Below are positions 1-8,727 of a stretch of 40,149 nt of DNA, piece by piece (the first letter of the stretch is position 1; every line of letters starts with the position of its first letter). The DNA lies in the NCBI GenBank assembly GCA_001819815.1, contig MHNO01000010.1, positions 1 to 40,149 on the forward strand, read 5' to 3'. The notes beneath the pieces are model-generated. The model was not told the DNA's origin, did no database searches, and was given only the letters and a program-made list of their open reading frames with translations. A program made the position numbers and the translations under genes. Origin of the DNA: Candidatus Ryanbacteria bacterium RIFCSPHIGHO2_02_FULL_45_17b (GTDB lineage: Bacteria > Patescibacteriota > Minisyncoccia > Ryanbacterales > 2-02-FULL-48-12).

Positions 1-3
1 GAC

Positions 4-89
4 AGAACGTTTATCGTTCTTGGTTGACTTTCAGTCAACGGGAAAGCTCAGGGAGCTTTCCCCATAATGCTCTGGACTTTAGTCCAGAG
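4..89 (+). other. Cluster of four short perfect hairpins: agaacg/cgttct, ttgac/gtcaa, gggaaagctc/gagctttccc, ctctggac/gtccagag
   Basis: Read directly from the sequence. Four consecutive, non-overlapping perfect stem-loops at the window start. Confidence 0.45.
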
Positions 90-146
90 TGGTTTACTTT
101 TTCATAGTTTTTCAATACCCACACTAATTCCAAAAACCACACAAAA

Positions 147-290
147 ATCCCAGAAAAACCTGTAGGAAAAGTCTGGCCCCGTTTAGGCGGGGGGAACCGA
201 GGACTTTTCCTACAGGTTTTTCTGGGATCTACGCAACTTATGCACACCTTTCTTTATTTTTTTATATTTTTTTATTTTATTGGATGTATA
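147..290 (+). terminator. Long hairpin with about a 27-bp stem (atcccagaaaaacctgtaggaaaagtc ... gacttttcctacaggtttttctgggat) and an inner ccccg/cgggg hairpin, followed by a T-rich tract. Probably a rho-independent terminator or structured 3' end of an upstream transcript
   Basis: Perfect inverted repeat seen in sequence. T-rich run 250-290. Confidence 0.4.
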
Positions 291-321
291 ATAAACGTAT
301 TATAAGCATTAAAAGTTACAT

Positions 322-1080
322 ATGATGTCAAACAAGGGGAATATATTTTCTTTACAGCGAGAGTTTCTTGTTGGGGTTGTTGTTTTTCTTATGACAGCGC
401 TCTTTTTTATTTCGTTAAGCGTTTTTGCCACAACTGTTGGTACTAATATGGACGCAACCGGCACCGTTGGCGCCGCGACTAGTACTCCTTGGGGTGATCT
501 TGCGGTTGATCAAGTCGCCGGCAAAGGTCCATTGCGGCCGGTTTTTGCGGTGGGCGACAATGGCACAAGCACGCCATTTATATTTGTGAGCCAAAAAGGA
601 GTCGTGTCTTTTGGATCCTCAACGCCATCAAACTTATTTCTTACCGCGGGCGACGTGGTTATAGGTCGCAATGGCGCCACAAACGATCTCTATGTGTCGG
701 GTGGTTTGGGTGTAGGAAACGCGACAACAACTGATAATAATATTCAAGTAGCAGGGCGAGTCGTAACTGCAAAGTTGGCAGTAGGCACGGGAAATGGAAA
801 TGTGGCGAGTCGTATAGTCCATGGCACATGCACGGTAAATCCACCAAGTCTTTCTGCCGGTGATACTGGGCACGCAGCTTGCACAGATGCGACGGGGGTT
901 ACTTCTAGTGATAGAGTTTTGGTTGGCGTGGAAGGCGCGGCGTGGCTTGATGATGTTGTTGTTACCGCGGCATCTTCAACAGCTGATGATACTATTGACT
1001 TTGTATTCAAGAACACGTCCACCACAACAATTCGTGATGTTGCAAGCGGTGTACATATTTACTATTTCGGCACCCAATAA
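322..1080 (+). CDS. Secreted/membrane-anchored Gly/Thr-rich hypothetical protein. The N-terminus (KGNIFSLQREFLVGVVVFLMTALFF) is weakly pilin/pseudopilin-like
   Basis: 252-aa ORF with N-terminal hydrophobic segment and low-complexity G/T/V-rich body. An extended -10 box lies upstream (tgtataat near 281-288). Confidence 0.55.
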   Translation: MMSNKGNIFSLQREFLVGVVVFLMTALFFISLSVFATTVGTNMDATGTVGAATSTPWGDLAVDQVAGKGPLRPVFAVGDNGTSTPFIFVSQKGVVSFGSSTPSNLFLTAGDVVIGRNGATNDLYVSGGLGVGNATTTDNNIQVAGRVVTAKLAVGTGNGNVASRIVHGTCTVNPPSLSAGDTGHAACTDATGVTSSDRVLVGVEGAAWLDDVVVTAASSTADDTIDFVFKNTSTTTIRDVASGVHIYYFGTQ

Positions 1081-1107
1081 TTACTAACAGCTAATTATAC
1101 ATGTGTT

Positions 1108-2367
1108 ATGAATTATAAACATTGGCTGTATAGTGTTCCGAGCATTCTTATTGCTCTCTTTCTGTCTGTTTTATCGGCAAGTCAAGTGTATGCGGTAAGC
1201 GTTAGTCAAGATGTTACTCTGCAGACAACAAGTGGTTCTGACATTACTCTTTTATCAGGAAGTGACTTTGATACGCTCACCGTGAATAGTAATAGTTTTA
1301 CGTTTACACTTTCTGGATCGCAGTCGGTTTCATTGCGTGATAATGACTCGCAAATTCTAAAAACAAATATAGATGGATTACAAGGAAGTTGTAGTAGCGG
1401 GAATTCCGAAATAACACTCCCTGCGTCAAAAGGATCAAGTATAACTCTTTCCATTGAAGGGTTTGCGTGTTCCAGTGGCGGCGGGGGTGGTGGGTCATAC
1501 ACGTCCTCTGGTGGCAGTAGTCCTTCTAGTGAGTCAACACAAACGACTACTGCGGCAACCACTACCGCTTCTACTACTACTCAAGTGGTCACGCAAACAA
1601 CCCCATCCTCTTATCTTGAAGGCGCGCCGCCTCCTGCAATGCCGCTTGATGGCATAACACCCCCGCCTGTGCTTCCAAGTATAACAGCTTCAGTGTTTCC
1701 CGGGTTGATGCAGATAAAAAGAGGTTTAGATGTAGGTGCTACCGGTGAAGATGTTCGTGTGCTTCAGGAAGCTCTTGCTAGTATGTCGGATGTATATCCG
1801 GAAGGTAAAGTAAGCGGATTTTATGGCGCTCTCACAAAAGCGGCAGTAGGCAAATTTCAAATGAAATATGGGCTTGTCTCTTCCGTCAGTGACCCTGGGT
1901 ATGGATATGTGGGTCCGAAAACGCGCGCGAAGTTACAGGAAGTGTTCGCAATCAACAGTACAACATCAATGCCGAACCAGTCTTCTGCTTCAGTCCTTCC
2001 ATCTAGCTCTGCTGTATTGACGCGTGATCTTGCCTTGGGTGCTACAGGAGATGATGTAACTCAACTACAAGCGTTCTTGGCGGCTGATTCCGAGCTCTAT
2101 CCGGAAGGAAAAGTTACTGGCTATTATGGTTCACTTACGGTTGCCGCAGTTAAACGGTTCCAGGCGAAACATGGTATCAGCCAGCTAGGTCGTGTTGGTC
2201 CGCAAACACTCAAGAAGTTGAATGAAGTCATGGGACAAGGTTCGGGTGTTCCGGATGTTCCAGCCGCTATGCAAGAGGACGAGGAGGCAAAAGCTGATCT
2301 CCAAAAACAGATTGCTGATTTGCAGGCGCTTATTGAATCACTCACCAAACAAGTCTCGGCACAATAG
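1108..2367 (+). CDS. Secreted protein with a Ser/Thr-rich linker, two tandem peptidoglycan-binding domains (PG_binding_1-like: LDVGATGEDVRVLQEAL...YPEGKVSGFYGALTKAAVGKFQ) and a C-terminal coiled coil
   Basis: Signal peptide (LIALFLSVLSASQVYA). The about 70-aa PG-binding motif is duplicated at roughly nt 1720-1935 and 2020-2235. Run GGGGGGS at nt 1478-1497. Confidence 0.7.
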   Translation: MNYKHWLYSVPSILIALFLSVLSASQVYAVSVSQDVTLQTTSGSDITLLSGSDFDTLTVNSNSFTFTLSGSQSVSLRDNDSQILKTNIDGLQGSCSSGNSEITLPASKGSSITLSIEGFACSSGGGGGGSYTSSGGSSPSSESTQTTTAATTTASTTTQVVTQTTPSSYLEGAPPPAMPLDGITPPPVLPSITASVFPGLMQIKRGLDVGATGEDVRVLQEALASMSDVYPEGKVSGFYGALTKAAVGKFQMKYGLVSSVSDPGYGYVGPKTRAKLQEVFAINSTTSMPNQSSASVLPSSSAVLTRDLALGATGDDVTQLQAFLAADSELYPEGKVTGYYGSLTVAAVKRFQAKHGISQLGRVGPQTLKKLNEVMGQGSGVPDVPAAMQEDEEAKADLQKQIADLQALIESLTKQVSAQ

Positions 2368-2382
2368 GTTTAACAAATAAGC

Positions 2383-2424
2383 AACCCGACCGCCAATCGG
2401 CGGTCGGGTTGCTGTGGTTTTTCT
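2383..2424 (+). terminator. Rho-independent terminator caacccgaccgcc-aat-ggcggtcgggttg followed by a T-run
   Basis: 13-bp GC-rich stem followed by ctgtggtttttctg. Confidence 0.7.
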
Positions 2425-2489
2425 GAGTAAAAAAATCCTGTTTCGGTGTGGGTTGTTTTTTTTGCCAAAAATGATATGATGCGTTCAGT

Positions 2490-3227
2490 ATGAAGAAATC
2501 AATTGTTATTGTTATTATTATTCTTGTTGTAACAAGTGTATTTTTTGTATGGCAAAGAGGATGGCTTAGGGATGGTGAGGAGTCTACTATTATTTTACGG
2601 GAAGATTTACCGCCCGCGCCCGCGGGATACAAGACACTGAAGGAAGATCCTGCTTTTGTTGCTGAAATTCCCGCGGATATCGTGAAAAAATATCGGGAGG
2701 GATTTGATGAAATTATAAAGACGATTGAAGAACATCCTGATTCATTTGGCGCGTGGTTTAACATGGGATCCATAAAAAGCGTTTTTGGCGACTTTCAAGG
2801 CGCGGAGGAAGCATGGCTTTATGCTACACAGATTTCACCGTTGCAAGCGCGGTCGCTTATGAACCTGGGAGATTTATATCGGAATAAATTGAAAAATTAT
2901 GAAAAAGCGGAGTGGGCATACATTTCGGCTATCGAAAGGCATGACGCGAGTGTTGACTCGGTAGCGTTATATCGCGAGCTTGCTTCCTTGTATCGGTTTT
3001 CTTACACAGAGAAAAAAGAATTTGCAATATCCATATTGGAACAAGGAATTGAGGCTGATTTAGGAAACGACTCAGAGCTTTTTACGCTTGCAGGCATGTG
3101 GGCATGGGAAGACGGTGATTTTGAAAAAGCGGCAGGTTTTTATGAACAGTATCTTACGGTAAATCCTGATCAAGTGGAAGCAAAAAAAGATTTGGAACGC
3201 ATCCGTCGCCGAGAACCACTTCCCTGA
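2490..3227 (+). CDS. Membrane-anchored TPR-repeat protein
   Basis: N-terminal TM helix. TPR-like repeats (AWFNMGSIKSVFGDFQGAEEAWLYATQISP, SLMNLGDLYRNKLKNYEKAEWAYISAIE). Confidence 0.6.
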   Translation: MKKSIVIVIIILVVTSVFFVWQRGWLRDGEESTIILREDLPPAPAGYKTLKEDPAFVAEIPADIVKKYREGFDEIIKTIEEHPDSFGAWFNMGSIKSVFGDFQGAEEAWLYATQISPLQARSLMNLGDLYRNKLKNYEKAEWAYISAIERHDASVDSVALYRELASLYRFSYTEKKEFAISILEQGIEADLGNDSELFTLAGMWAWEDGDFEKAAGFYEQYLTVNPDQVEAKKDLERIRRREPLP

Positions 3228-3300
3228 AAAGGTAAGGTTGACAGATTGTAAGAAATAATGGTAGTTCTTGGATAGATGTCGGAGAAAGGAGATTTGTGTT

Positions 3301-3642
3301 ATGTATGAAGGTCATTTAGTAATAGCACAGGAACAAGGTGGTTTGTATGCGGGCCTCATTAAAAAATTAACCTTTGATGGTGGGCGCGCAAGTCTGACGC
3401 CAGAGCCTTTGTTCATGTTCAATCCTATGAAAAGGACGTGGACATGTGTCAAAGAGATATCAAATTGGTTCGACGAGAGGCCGTGTGTGTTGCATCAGCA
3501 TTCTCACTGGAAAAACTTCTTGGCTTGGTCTATTGCACATGTTGGTACGATCTTCATTTTTTGTGGAAATGACCCTGTGCAAGGGTTTGCGGAGATGGAT
3601 TTGCCGCTTTGTGAAAAGTTGACAATACAATCGACTTCGTAG
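3301..3642 (+). CDS. Hypothetical protein (113 aa, Cys/His-containing)
   Basis: ATG at 3301 preceded by SD aaaggag. The longer six-frame ORF begins at 3268. No recognisable family. Confidence 0.4.
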   Translation: MYEGHLVIAQEQGGLYAGLIKKLTFDGGRASLTPEPLFMFNPMKRTWTCVKEISNWFDERPCVLHQHSHWKNFLAWSIAHVGTIFIFCGNDPVQGFAEMDLPLCEKLTIQSTS

Positions 3643-3703
3643 AGGTTGTGTTTTATACTTATAATTAGGGGGATGATTATTATCAGCCCTTTTTTATTTT
3701 TTT

Positions 3704-5239
3704 ATGAAAACTGCTCTGTATAGTTTTTTTCTTTTCTTATTCCCGTTTTTTGTTTCAGCGAATGTTGTGATAAACGAAATAGCTTGGATGGGGACATCAG
3801 TTTCTGCAAATGATGAGTGGATTGAATTATACAATAATGGAGCGGGTAGTGTTGACCTTACGGGATGGCGTCTCGCCGCTGTTGACGGCCAACCGGATAT
3901 TGCATTGGATACATGCGCGAATGTAACTATTGTCGTGGGCGGGTATTATCTATTTGAACGCACAGACGACGAATCTGTGCCTGGTATTGCGGCCGATTGC
4001 ATATACACGGGTGCTTTGGGAAATACTAGCGAACAATTACAGCTTTTGAATGAATCAGGAAATGTGGTTGATTCCATAAACGCGACTGATGGTTGGCCTG
4101 CGGGAGACAACACCACGAAAGAAACTATGCAAAGAAATGGCGGAGGATGGATAACAACCGCAGCGACGCCCAAAAAAGCAAATTCTTCTACTGATTCTGC
4201 AAACCCACCGCAGAATACTTCACAGGCAAATTCACCAAACACTAATTCAACATCGTCCCAGTCAAGCAGTTCGCCTGGTGGTGCTGACGAGCCCTATGTG
4301 CAACCAGAAAACCTACCGCGTATTAAAGTGGACGCAGGCGGAGACCAACAAGCGGCAGTAGGAGAGCAAGTTCAGTTTCGCGCGCAGGCATGGGGCTTGG
4401 ATGATACAGTGCTTGAAAATGGGCGTTACGTTTGGAATTTTGGCGATGGCGCAACATACGAGGGGCAGAATGTTGGGCACGAATATATGTTTCCAGGAAC
4501 ATATATGGCACGTCTTGTGGTGTCTTCCGGAAAATACAGTGCGTTTGATGATCTTCAAATTGTAGTGCGCCCAAACACGATTACCATAAGTGAAGTAATG
4601 CCGGGAGAGGCCGGTTGGATTGAATTTCAAAATACAGGCGGAAAATCCATTCACGCGGGCGGGTGGATTCTTGAGACAACCCGTGGCAGGTTTATTATTC
4701 CCTTGGGAACCACTATTGCGCCGCAGAGTTTTGTGGTTTTGTCGGCGGCAACAACACATATGGTTCCGGATGCAAAGGGAGACCATATGTATCTCTTTTA
4801 TCCAAATGGAACATATGCGAATGGCGGTCAGTATGTGTTTTGGATACCGCAAGGAAAAAGCATTTCAAATAATGCGGGGGTATGGGTATTTACTGAACCG
4901 ACCCCCGGCAGTCCGAATGTGTTTGAACATGCATCAGTTCCAAATCTGATACAACAAGATGCCGCGGTTCCTTCCAATTCTCAAGTTTTCATTTCGCAAT
5001 CAAATAGTATACAGCCGCCGCAACCGATTATACAGGAACAAGAAGAACCAGTTATAAAATCAGATATCCAAAACACGGATGTAAATCCTATTTTTCAATC
5101 AGCAACTTTAGCGGATGCGCCCATACTTTCAAAAGTGAATCGGGAAGTTTTTTGGTTTGGTGGAAGTATAATTTTTGGAGGACTTGCCGCTGTCGGGGTG
5201 GTGCTATTTCGCCGCGGAAAGCATTCCACGTATTCTTAA
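3704..5239 (+). CDS. Secreted LTD (lamin-tail-domain)-PKD-LTD protein with Ser/Thr/Asn-rich linker and C-terminal TM anchor
   Basis: Signal peptide. LTD signatures INEIAWMG...DEWIELYNNG...LTGWRL and ISEVMPGEAGWIEFQNTG...GGWIL. PKD-like YVWNFGDGATYEGQNVGHEYMFPGTYMARLVV. C-terminal hydrophobic segment followed by RRGKH. Confidence 0.7.
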   Translation: MKTALYSFFLFLFPFFVSANVVINEIAWMGTSVSANDEWIELYNNGAGSVDLTGWRLAAVDGQPDIALDTCANVTIVVGGYYLFERTDDESVPGIAADCIYTGALGNTSEQLQLLNESGNVVDSINATDGWPAGDNTTKETMQRNGGGWITTAATPKKANSSTDSANPPQNTSQANSPNTNSTSSQSSSSPGGADEPYVQPENLPRIKVDAGGDQQAAVGEQVQFRAQAWGLDDTVLENGRYVWNFGDGATYEGQNVGHEYMFPGTYMARLVVSSGKYSAFDDLQIVVRPNTITISEVMPGEAGWIEFQNTGGKSIHAGGWILETTRGRFIIPLGTTIAPQSFVVLSAATTHMVPDAKGDHMYLFYPNGTYANGGQYVFWIPQGKSISNNAGVWVFTEPTPGSPNVFEHASVPNLIQQDAAVPSNSQVFISQSNSIQPPQPIIQEQEEPVIKSDIQNTDVNPIFQSATLADAPILSKVNREVFWFGGSIIFGGLAAVGVVLFRRGKHSTYS

Positions 5240-6405
5240 GACTGTGAATTATTATACAATTCAATGGTTTTTGTGAGCATGGTTTTTAGTGAAAAAGCTT
5301 GTCTTACGCGGGCATGAAGCGCTTTTCCATATGTATCGCGAAGACTCTTATTTTGCGTCAGTTTCATAATCGCGTTTGAGAGTTGTTGCGGAGATGCCGG
5401 ATCTACTAATAATCCATGTGTTTCATGTTCTATAATATCAGGTACGCCGCCCACCTGTGTTGCAATTACGGGGAGCTCGGCAAGCCCTGCTTCCAGAATG
5501 GTATAAGGGAGACCTTCTTTAAGCGAAGGAAGCACAAATACATCGAATGCTTTGAGGTATTGCGCGGCAGAATTTTTTGAAACAAGAAGCATATTCTTTT
5601 CCAGTTTGAGTTTTATGATATGCGTTTGGAGTTTCAAGTGTTCTTCCCCCCATCCAATCAGGCATACAAATATTTCTGGAAATTTCGCAAGTACGGCAGG
5701 CAATGCTTCTATAAGATAGGTGAGTCCTTTATTTTTCGTCCATTCGGCAATAACACCAATAACAAAAGAGTGTTCTTTTCCAAAAAGCTTTTGTTGAGCT
5801 TTATCGCGTGGGAGAAATTCCAGAGCGCCAACGCCATTGTGTATGAGAGTTACTTTATGCTTGGGGGCCACGTTGTATGTTCTGGTAATGGTATAATCGC
5901 TCTTAGATATAACAATACTATGATCATGCACGAGAACGGTCATACGACTTACCATGCGTATAAAAACGCGTTGCCATTTGGGTCGCCATGTTTCCATGAA
6001 CGCCCAGCCATGCACGGTGAATATCCGCGTGACTGATTTTCGGGAAATAAACTTATACACAAGCGCGGCAAGTCCCGCAATGCCGCCCGCTTTAGAACTG
6101 TTGGAATGAACAATGTCGGGTTGGAAGCGGAAACACAATGACAGAATTTCAAAAAAAGAAAACAGCTCTTTTAGCGGGTTAATGGATTTTTGAAAATGTT
6201 GAATAGAGTGGGTTGGTATGCTCTTTTTTTGAAGGGCATCAATGAGAGTATCGGTGGTTGTTCCTAGAGAAGGGCCGCATGCAACCGCGACATCAAACTG
6301 GTTTTTAGGGAGGTTTGTTGCCAAGTCAAACACATATCGCTGGGCGCCTCCCCATACGGGTTTTGTGATTACGAAAAGAATTTTTGTTCGTTGACTAGTC
6401 TGCAT
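5236..6405 (-). CDS. GT4 family glycosyltransferase
   Basis: C-terminal GT4 motif EGLPYTILEAGLAELPVIATQVGGVPDII. Start chosen at ATG 6405 (MQTSQRTKILFVI...). The six-frame ORF extends to 6432. Confidence 0.8.
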   Translation of the reverse strand: MQTSQRTKILFVITKPVWGGAQRYVFDLATNLPKNQFDVAVACGPSLGTTTDTLIDALQKKSIPTHSIQHFQKSINPLKELFSFFEILSLCFRFQPDIVHSNSSKAGGIAGLAALVYKFISRKSVTRIFTVHGWAFMETWRPKWQRVFIRMVSRMTVLVHDHSIVISKSDYTITRTYNVAPKHKVTLIHNGVGALEFLPRDKAQQKLFGKEHSFVIGVIAEWTKNKGLTYLIEALPAVLAKFPEIFVCLIGWGEEHLKLQTHIIKLKLEKNMLLVSKNSAAQYLKAFDVFVLPSLKEGLPYTILEAGLAELPVIATQVGGVPDIIEHETHGLLVDPASPQQLSNAIMKLTQNKSLRDTYGKALHARVRQAFSLKTMLTKTIELYNNSQS

Positions 6406-6424
6406 TTTTGTTTTATAATTATAA
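6391..6424. promoter_or_regulatory. Divergent promoter pair sharing a palindromic -10 element TTATAATTATAA. The plus-strand promoter is TTGACT-17-TATAAT, 11 nt before ATG 6431. A minus-strand TATAAT lies 12 nt before ATG 6405
   Basis: Sequence match to sigma70 consensus. Short spacing to the start codons suggests leaderless or near-leaderless mRNAs. Confidence 0.5.
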
Positions 6425-6430
6425 CCATTC

Positions 6431-7561
6431 ATGGATCAAAAGCAATACGTCCTTATATTTTCTACCGCGTATCTGCCATTTATAGGGGGAGCGGAACTCG
6501 CCATAAAAGAAATAACGGATCGCATGCACGATCTGCATTTTATTCTTATTACTGCGCGTATGCGGCGTGATCTTCCCCGCAGAGAACGTATAGGCACTAT
6601 AGATGTGTATCGGGTGGGTATAGGGATTCCATTTTTAGATAAGGTTCTTTCGCCGATTCTTGCCGCTTGTAAGGTATTCATGTTAACACGTCGTGTACAT
6701 GTATGTCTTTTTTGGAGCGTGATGGTGAGCTATACCACTATAACGCCAGCGCTTCTTCATATGTTTGGATTTTATAGGAACGTGCCTGTTCTTCTGACGT
6801 TGCAGGAAGGAGATTCCGAGAAACATATTTTTGAAGGGCGATTCGGGCTGATAGCTTTTTGGTGGCGTATATCTTTACGATACGCACGTTATGTTCATGT
6901 CATTAGCACCTATCTGGGCACGCTTGCAAGAGATTTTGGATATGGAGGAACGTTATCTGTTGTGCCAAACGGTGTTGATGCGCGTGTGTTTTATCCGCGG
7001 GATGTCGAAAGGGAAAAGAATGTAATAGTTACCACGTCTCGTCTTGTGAGGAAAAATGGTATTGATCTTCTTATTTCAGCAATGCCCTACGTGGTAAAAC
7101 ACGTGCCGGATGCGAAACTGCACATAATAGGCGATGGTGTCGAGAGAAACAAGCTTGAACGCATGGTAAAAGTATTGCACATGGAAGATGCAATTATTTT
7201 TTTTGGCGCGGTGTCTTTTGAAAAAGTACCCGATTATTTGGCACCAGCCTGGGTGTTTGTGCGCCCATCGCGTTCCGAGGGGTTAGGTACGGCATTTTTG
7301 GAAGCGATGGCAATGGGTATTCCGGTGGTGGCTACGCGTGTTGGTGGCATCCCAGATTTTTTAGAAGATGAGAAGACAGGTCTTTTTGCAGATGTTGATT
7401 CTGTGGAGGATATTGCAAAGAAAATTATTTGCCTTCTTATCGATGACGCGCTCCATGATAAGCTTTCACGGAATGGTAAGGAACTCATTAAGGAGACATA
7501 TTCATGGGATATCATAGCGGAACGTATAAAAACTATTTTTAAGAATCTATGCGCATCCTGA
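6431..7561 (+). CDS. GT4 family glycosyltransferase
   Basis: SRSEGLGTAFLEAMAMGIPVVATRVGGIPDFLEDEKTG motif. Confidence 0.85.
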   Translation: MDQKQYVLIFSTAYLPFIGGAELAIKEITDRMHDLHFILITARMRRDLPRRERIGTIDVYRVGIGIPFLDKVLSPILAACKVFMLTRRVHVCLFWSVMVSYTTITPALLHMFGFYRNVPVLLTLQEGDSEKHIFEGRFGLIAFWWRISLRYARYVHVISTYLGTLARDFGYGGTLSVVPNGVDARVFYPRDVEREKNVIVTTSRLVRKNGIDLLISAMPYVVKHVPDAKLHIIGDGVERNKLERMVKVLHMEDAIIFFGAVSFEKVPDYLAPAWVFVRPSRSEGLGTAFLEAMAMGIPVVATRVGGIPDFLEDEKTGLFADVDSVEDIAKKIICLLIDDALHDKLSRNGKELIKETYSWDIIAERIKTIFKNLCAS

Positions 7562-8727
7562 TTGCAACGGGAATATTTCCGCCGGATATCGGCGGGCCGG
7601 CGACGTATAGCAAGCTTCTGGTCGAAGAATTCAGTAAACGCGGACATAAAATGACCGTAGTAACTTATGCTACTATCGGAGGTTTCGCCTCCGATGACAA
7701 AAAATCGGAGGCGAAACCTCCGATAGTAACTGTTTCTCGTAACATACCGAAGGGAATTCGTCATGTTGTGTATTTCTGGAATATATTGCGGCGCGGCCGC
7801 AATGCAGATGTGATCTATGCGCAAGATGCCGTAAGTGCGGGTTTTCCGGCAATGATTGCCGCACGGATTTTACGCAAACGATTTTTTTTGAAAGTGGTGG
7901 GAGATCACGCGTGGGAACAGGGGATGCAACGGTACGGGGTGAGGGAATTGTTGGATGATTTTCTTATCAAAACATATGGAGCAGGCATTGCTTTGCTTCG
8001 ATTTTTTCAAATGCGCACTGCGACATCCGCGGAAAAAATCATTGTGCCGAGTATATATTTGAAATCTGTCGTGGAGCGATGGGACGTTTCTTCCGGGCGT
8101 ATTGTGGTTATCCCCAATGCTGTTTCGTTGCCGGACACCATTTTTGCAAAAGAGGAGGCACGCAAAATTCTCGGTCTGGAAGGTTTTTTACTTATTACAA
8201 TCGGCCGTCTTGTTCCATGGAAAGGGTTTCGCATGCTAGTGGAATTGATGCCAAAACTTCGGGAGGTTATCCCGGATATAAAACTTATAATAGTAGGTGA
8301 TGGACCGGAGAAGCAACAACTGGAATCAATGATTAAATCCGCCAGTGAGTGGAATACATTAAAGGATAACGTATTCTTGACCGGAAGCGTATCAAAAGAT
8401 AAGCTTGTCGCCTATCTTTCTGCTGCGGATGTATTTTTGTTGAATACGGGCTATGAAGGGTTTTCGCATCAGCTTATTGAAGCAATGGCAATGGGCGTAC
8501 CAGTCATAACTACGGATGCCGGTGGTAACAAAGAAGTCGTGCGTGATGGAGAAAATGCGCTTGTGGCAGAATATAATAATCCTGAAAGCTGGAAAAAGGC
8601 TATTTTGCGTTTATATGAAGATAAGGAATTACGGCGCGCGCTGTCTGAAAGTACTAAAGATATCACAGAACGTTATTCTATCGAGAATATGATACAAAAA
8701 ACCGAATCCCTAATTCTTAATTCATGA
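7549..8727 (+). CDS. GT4 family glycosyltransferase (PimA-like N-terminus MRILIATGIFPPDIGGPATY)
   Basis: GYEGFSHQLIEAMAMGVPVITTDAGGNKEVVRDGENALV motif. Start overlaps the upstream stop. Confidence 0.85.
   Translation: MRILIATGIFPPDIGGPATYSKLLVEEFSKRGHKMTVVTYATIGGFASDDKKSEAKPPIVTVSRNIPKGIRHVVYFWNILRRGRNADVIYAQDAVSAGFPAMIAARILRKRFFLKVVGDHAWEQGMQRYGVRELLDDFLIKTYGAGIALLRFFQMRTATSAEKIIVPSIYLKSVVERWDVSSGRIVVIPNAVSLPDTIFAKEEARKILGLEGFLLITIGRLVPWKGFRMLVELMPKLREVIPDIKLIIVGDGPEKQQLESMIKSASEWNTLKDNVFLTGSVSKDKLVAYLSAADVFLLNTGYEGFSHQLIEAMAMGVPVITTDAGGNKEVVRDGENALVAEYNNPESWKKAILRLYEDKELRRALSESTKDITERYSIENMIQKTESLILNS
7672..7727. repeat. Perfect 24-bp inverted repeat (actatcggaggtttcgcctccgat / atcggaggcgaaacctccgatagt) with an 8-nt spacer, inside the GT4 CDS. 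Each arm is itself a hairpin (cggagg-N5-cctccg)
   Basis: Read directly from the sequence. Encodes TIGGFASDDKKSEAKPPIVT in a loop region that is longer than usual for this GT4 subfamily. Confidence 0.9.

Noticed and set aside
35-247. 70-aa minus-strand ORF in the first intergenic region
   Set aside because: It lies entirely within the hairpin cluster and long inverted repeat, with no RBS. It is translated from palindromic sequence and is almost certainly non-coding.
1478-1497. ggcggcgggggtggtggg run (Gly6), possible microsatellite
   Set aside because: It is short, imperfect and encodes a Gly linker. There is no evidence of phase-variable function.
1720-2235. Two similar 210-nt segments in gene 1108..2367 (possible DNA repeat)
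   Set aside because: It is a protein-level duplication of the peptidoglycan-binding domain with diverged nucleotide sequence, not a mobile or structural DNA repeat.
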